64,000 nucleotides of DNA, from positions 4,092,001 to 4,156,000 of the forward strand of contig NW_027271059.1 in the NCBI RefSeq assembly GCF_040938485.1. Direction: 5' to 3'. The DNA comes from Diadema antillarum (Eukaryota). Of the stretch, positions 61,796 to 64,000 are shown piece after piece. The position numbers were made by a program, and so were the translations under genes. Under the pieces are notes generated by a model, which was not told the origin of the DNA, did no database searches, and was given only the letters and a program-made list of their open reading frames with translations. Position 1 is the first letter of the stretch. Each line of letters begins with the position of its first letter.

Positions 61796-62857
61796 AAAAG
61801 AAAGATGAAGAGAAAAAAATATGCAGATGTGAATAAATCACCCTAGATGCAAACATAAAAAGGAAAAAATCAGCAAACAAACTTATGCTCAATCAAGCAT
61901 AAACTGACATACAAAACTAGCAGTATGTCATGAACCGTAATCAATGTAAGAAAAACAAGTAATGTCATCAACAAACAAACACACGTCAAACAATTACAAT
62001 TAAATATGTATATCAACATGCGCATAAAATGAAAGCAAAAAAAAATGTTAAAACAACAGAGTGTAAACCATCTATGTACCAACACTCAGAATATCAAAAA
62101 CAAATCTCATAAAATGAGGACAGGATTAGGACAAAAGAAAAGGCTATTTGTAATAAGAGTCTGTCCAAATTTAGTAATTAATGTTCAGTGAAAAAGGAAA
62201 AACTAATATGAATAAGAAGAACTCATCCAGATCCCTCGTAGGTGACCGGTAGCTCTGTACAGTCCATGTATGACGTCACTGGTTGATGACGACTGAACAG
62301 GAGACACAGCCAGATACAGCACAGGTAAACTCCCGGTAACATTAAACAGCATTCACAGCACAAGTCAGCGATGAAAAAAAAAAAAAGATCCAGGATGAAG
62401 AACAGCTCAGCACTGTAAAACAGCAAAGGTTGGTTCTCCAGCAGTGGCGAACAGCTTACATTAAAATACAGAACACTCCAGCATATAGATGATGATGCCA
62501 CAATGACGACAGGATACAATCCGCTAAGGAGCACAATATCACGTCGCTTGAAGTATAAAACGGATATCAATCCACTGCTCCAAAATCCACGAAAGTGATG
62601 ATGAATATAATAGTTAACTCTGCAGAAGTGATAGTTCACAGCTGTTCACTGTGTGAAACTGCAATCTCACAGTGAAAAAAAAAAAAAAAAATTGTGTCAG
62701 CAGGAGCCCTATACTGCACAAAGGCTCGAATTCAGTTCCACAGAAGAGATAGGTCGCTGTCGCAAGATGATCCACAGTCGAGAAACAAAAGGTATAAAAC
62801 AATCCACAAAGTGCAAAATCCAGAGCGGTATAACGTGAAGATGGGCTCGTCAAATCC

Positions 62858-62875
62858 ATCCCACCGCTGCCACCA
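62858..62875 (-). promoter_or_regulatory. Primer-binding site, tRNA-Leu
   Basis: TGGTGGCAGCGGTGGGAT lies 3 nt after the 5' LTR and is complementary to the 3' end ATCCCACCGCTGCCACCA of metazoan tRNA-Leu (AAG/TAG type). Confidence 0.85.
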
Positions 62876-62878
62876 GAA

Positions 62879-63592
62879 TGTAACACCTTTGTTTTGTAGT
62901 TTTGATGTTATTCTTCGATGGCGTACCATAGGCGGTGTTACATTGGTAAAGTTTCTCGACACTCGACGACAGCACACAGAAGAGATCAAGAGACCAGTTC
63001 TTATTACAAAGTATACAGGCTCTTTATTTAATCACAGTGGGATATAACACTTAGCAGAGATATATATGAACAGGTACTCCCCATCAAACGGCCATATATC
63101 GCCCCTAAAGAGGGATGGCAAGGGAGACCAACGCTTATGTCCTTTACCCGAAGAGGGTGAAAGAGAGAACTCTTGACCAAAAGCACATGGTCACTTTTAT
63201 AGTACATCTATACTCAAAGGAGGGGCTTAATCTAAATAATATTCAAATATTCAAAACAGAGGGATTCAGATTATAATAAAACAAAGGTGTAGGTTAATAA
63301 TGACCACTGTCAATCCATGGATCACTGACACCAGTGACTCACATATTACAAGATGGGGATGATGGGGGAGAAACTTAGCACTGGTAGACAATGGGGAGAC
63401 AGGTTATCCAGAAATGTTTATGGGAGAGGTTAGGCTCCTAGGGAGGTAGGGTGTGTGGACTGACCACAGGATGTGATGACCGGTCGGGTTGGACAAAATT
63501 CTGGGAATAACAATGAAGGAGTTTTCCCTCATGTCTGTAGTGGTTGAAGCTCGGGTTTGTAGCAACAACACTCCTACATTTGATGTATTACA
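62879..63592 (-). repeat. 5' LTR (714 bp)
   Basis: TG..CA ends, near-identical to 55549-56262, and followed by the PBS on the minus strand. Confidence 0.95.
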
Positions 63593-63751
63593 CATATATA
63601 CAATATATCATGCATAAAGATATCATAGGATTCAAGTATAAGTTCAATAAGTTGTGTCCCTCTTATCATCAGGCATAAACTTAATTCATGGGCGCAGTTT
63701 GTGTGATGACAGGAAATTGTGAGGAATATATTACGATTTGTGAATATAATA

Positions 63752-63793
<42 letters not shown>

Positions 63794-63799
63794 CATAAT

Positions 63800-63990
63800 T
63801 ATACGAGATCGTCAAATCATTTTCATCGATGGCGTTTTTTAACCGATAAATCTAAATATTCGTTGCGTCATACTGGTCCCGATTTATGGAATACGTTAGA
63901 ACTGAGCAAATTCAATACACAGTTTAAGTTCAAAAGGCAGTACAAGAAGTTATTGATTAGTAAGTATTGATTGGATTATTATGTATGGAT
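63800..63990 (+). mobile_element. LINE (L2/Crack-type) 3' fragment
   Basis: KSKYSLRHTGPDLWNTL..FKRQYKKLLISKY resembles the conserved extreme C-terminus of L2-clade ORF2. Confidence 0.6.
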
Positions 63991-64000
63991 GTATTGGTCT

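Larger units (their letters stand above)
55549..63592 (-). mobile_element. Gypsy/Ty3 LTR retrotransposon, non-autonomous (lacks RT, RNase H and the integrase core), 8044 bp
   Basis: Two 714-bp TG..CA LTRs, a PBS, a PPT, and gag, protease and integrase remnants in Gypsy order. Inserted in a (TA)-rich tract with no perfect TSD. Confidence 0.93.

Overview
AT-rich, repeat-dense animal DNA. The repeat types and the intron-rich genes suggest a marine invertebrate deuterostome such as an echinoderm (inference). I can reconstruct five spliced protein-coding genes in alternating orientation: CANT1 (-, last exon lies off the left edge), TEFM (+), COX19 (-, complete), an uncharacterised protein of about 386 aa with a disordered region, an RG repeat and a C-terminal RRM (+), and a METTL27/WBSCR27-like class I methyltransferase (-) with a 1-nt frameshift in exon 3. 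The right end holds a young 8.0-kb Gypsy LTR retrotransposon (-, 55549-63592). It has near-identical 714-bp LTRs, a tRNA-Leu PBS, intact gag, a G_GGA_AAC -1 frameshift signal and a protease, but RT/RNase H and the integrase core are deleted in frame. Introns and spacers contain many non-autonomous elements: Helentron-type (HINE/pearl-like) elements with internal satellite arrays rich in RFX X-box or nuclear-receptor DR1 motifs, Tc1/pogo-like MITEs, CAG..CTG MITEs with 5- or 6-bp TSDs, a tRNA-derived SINE and LINE 3' fragments. There is one N gap (25235-25373). All exon boundaries and alignments were read by eye and no database searches were run.
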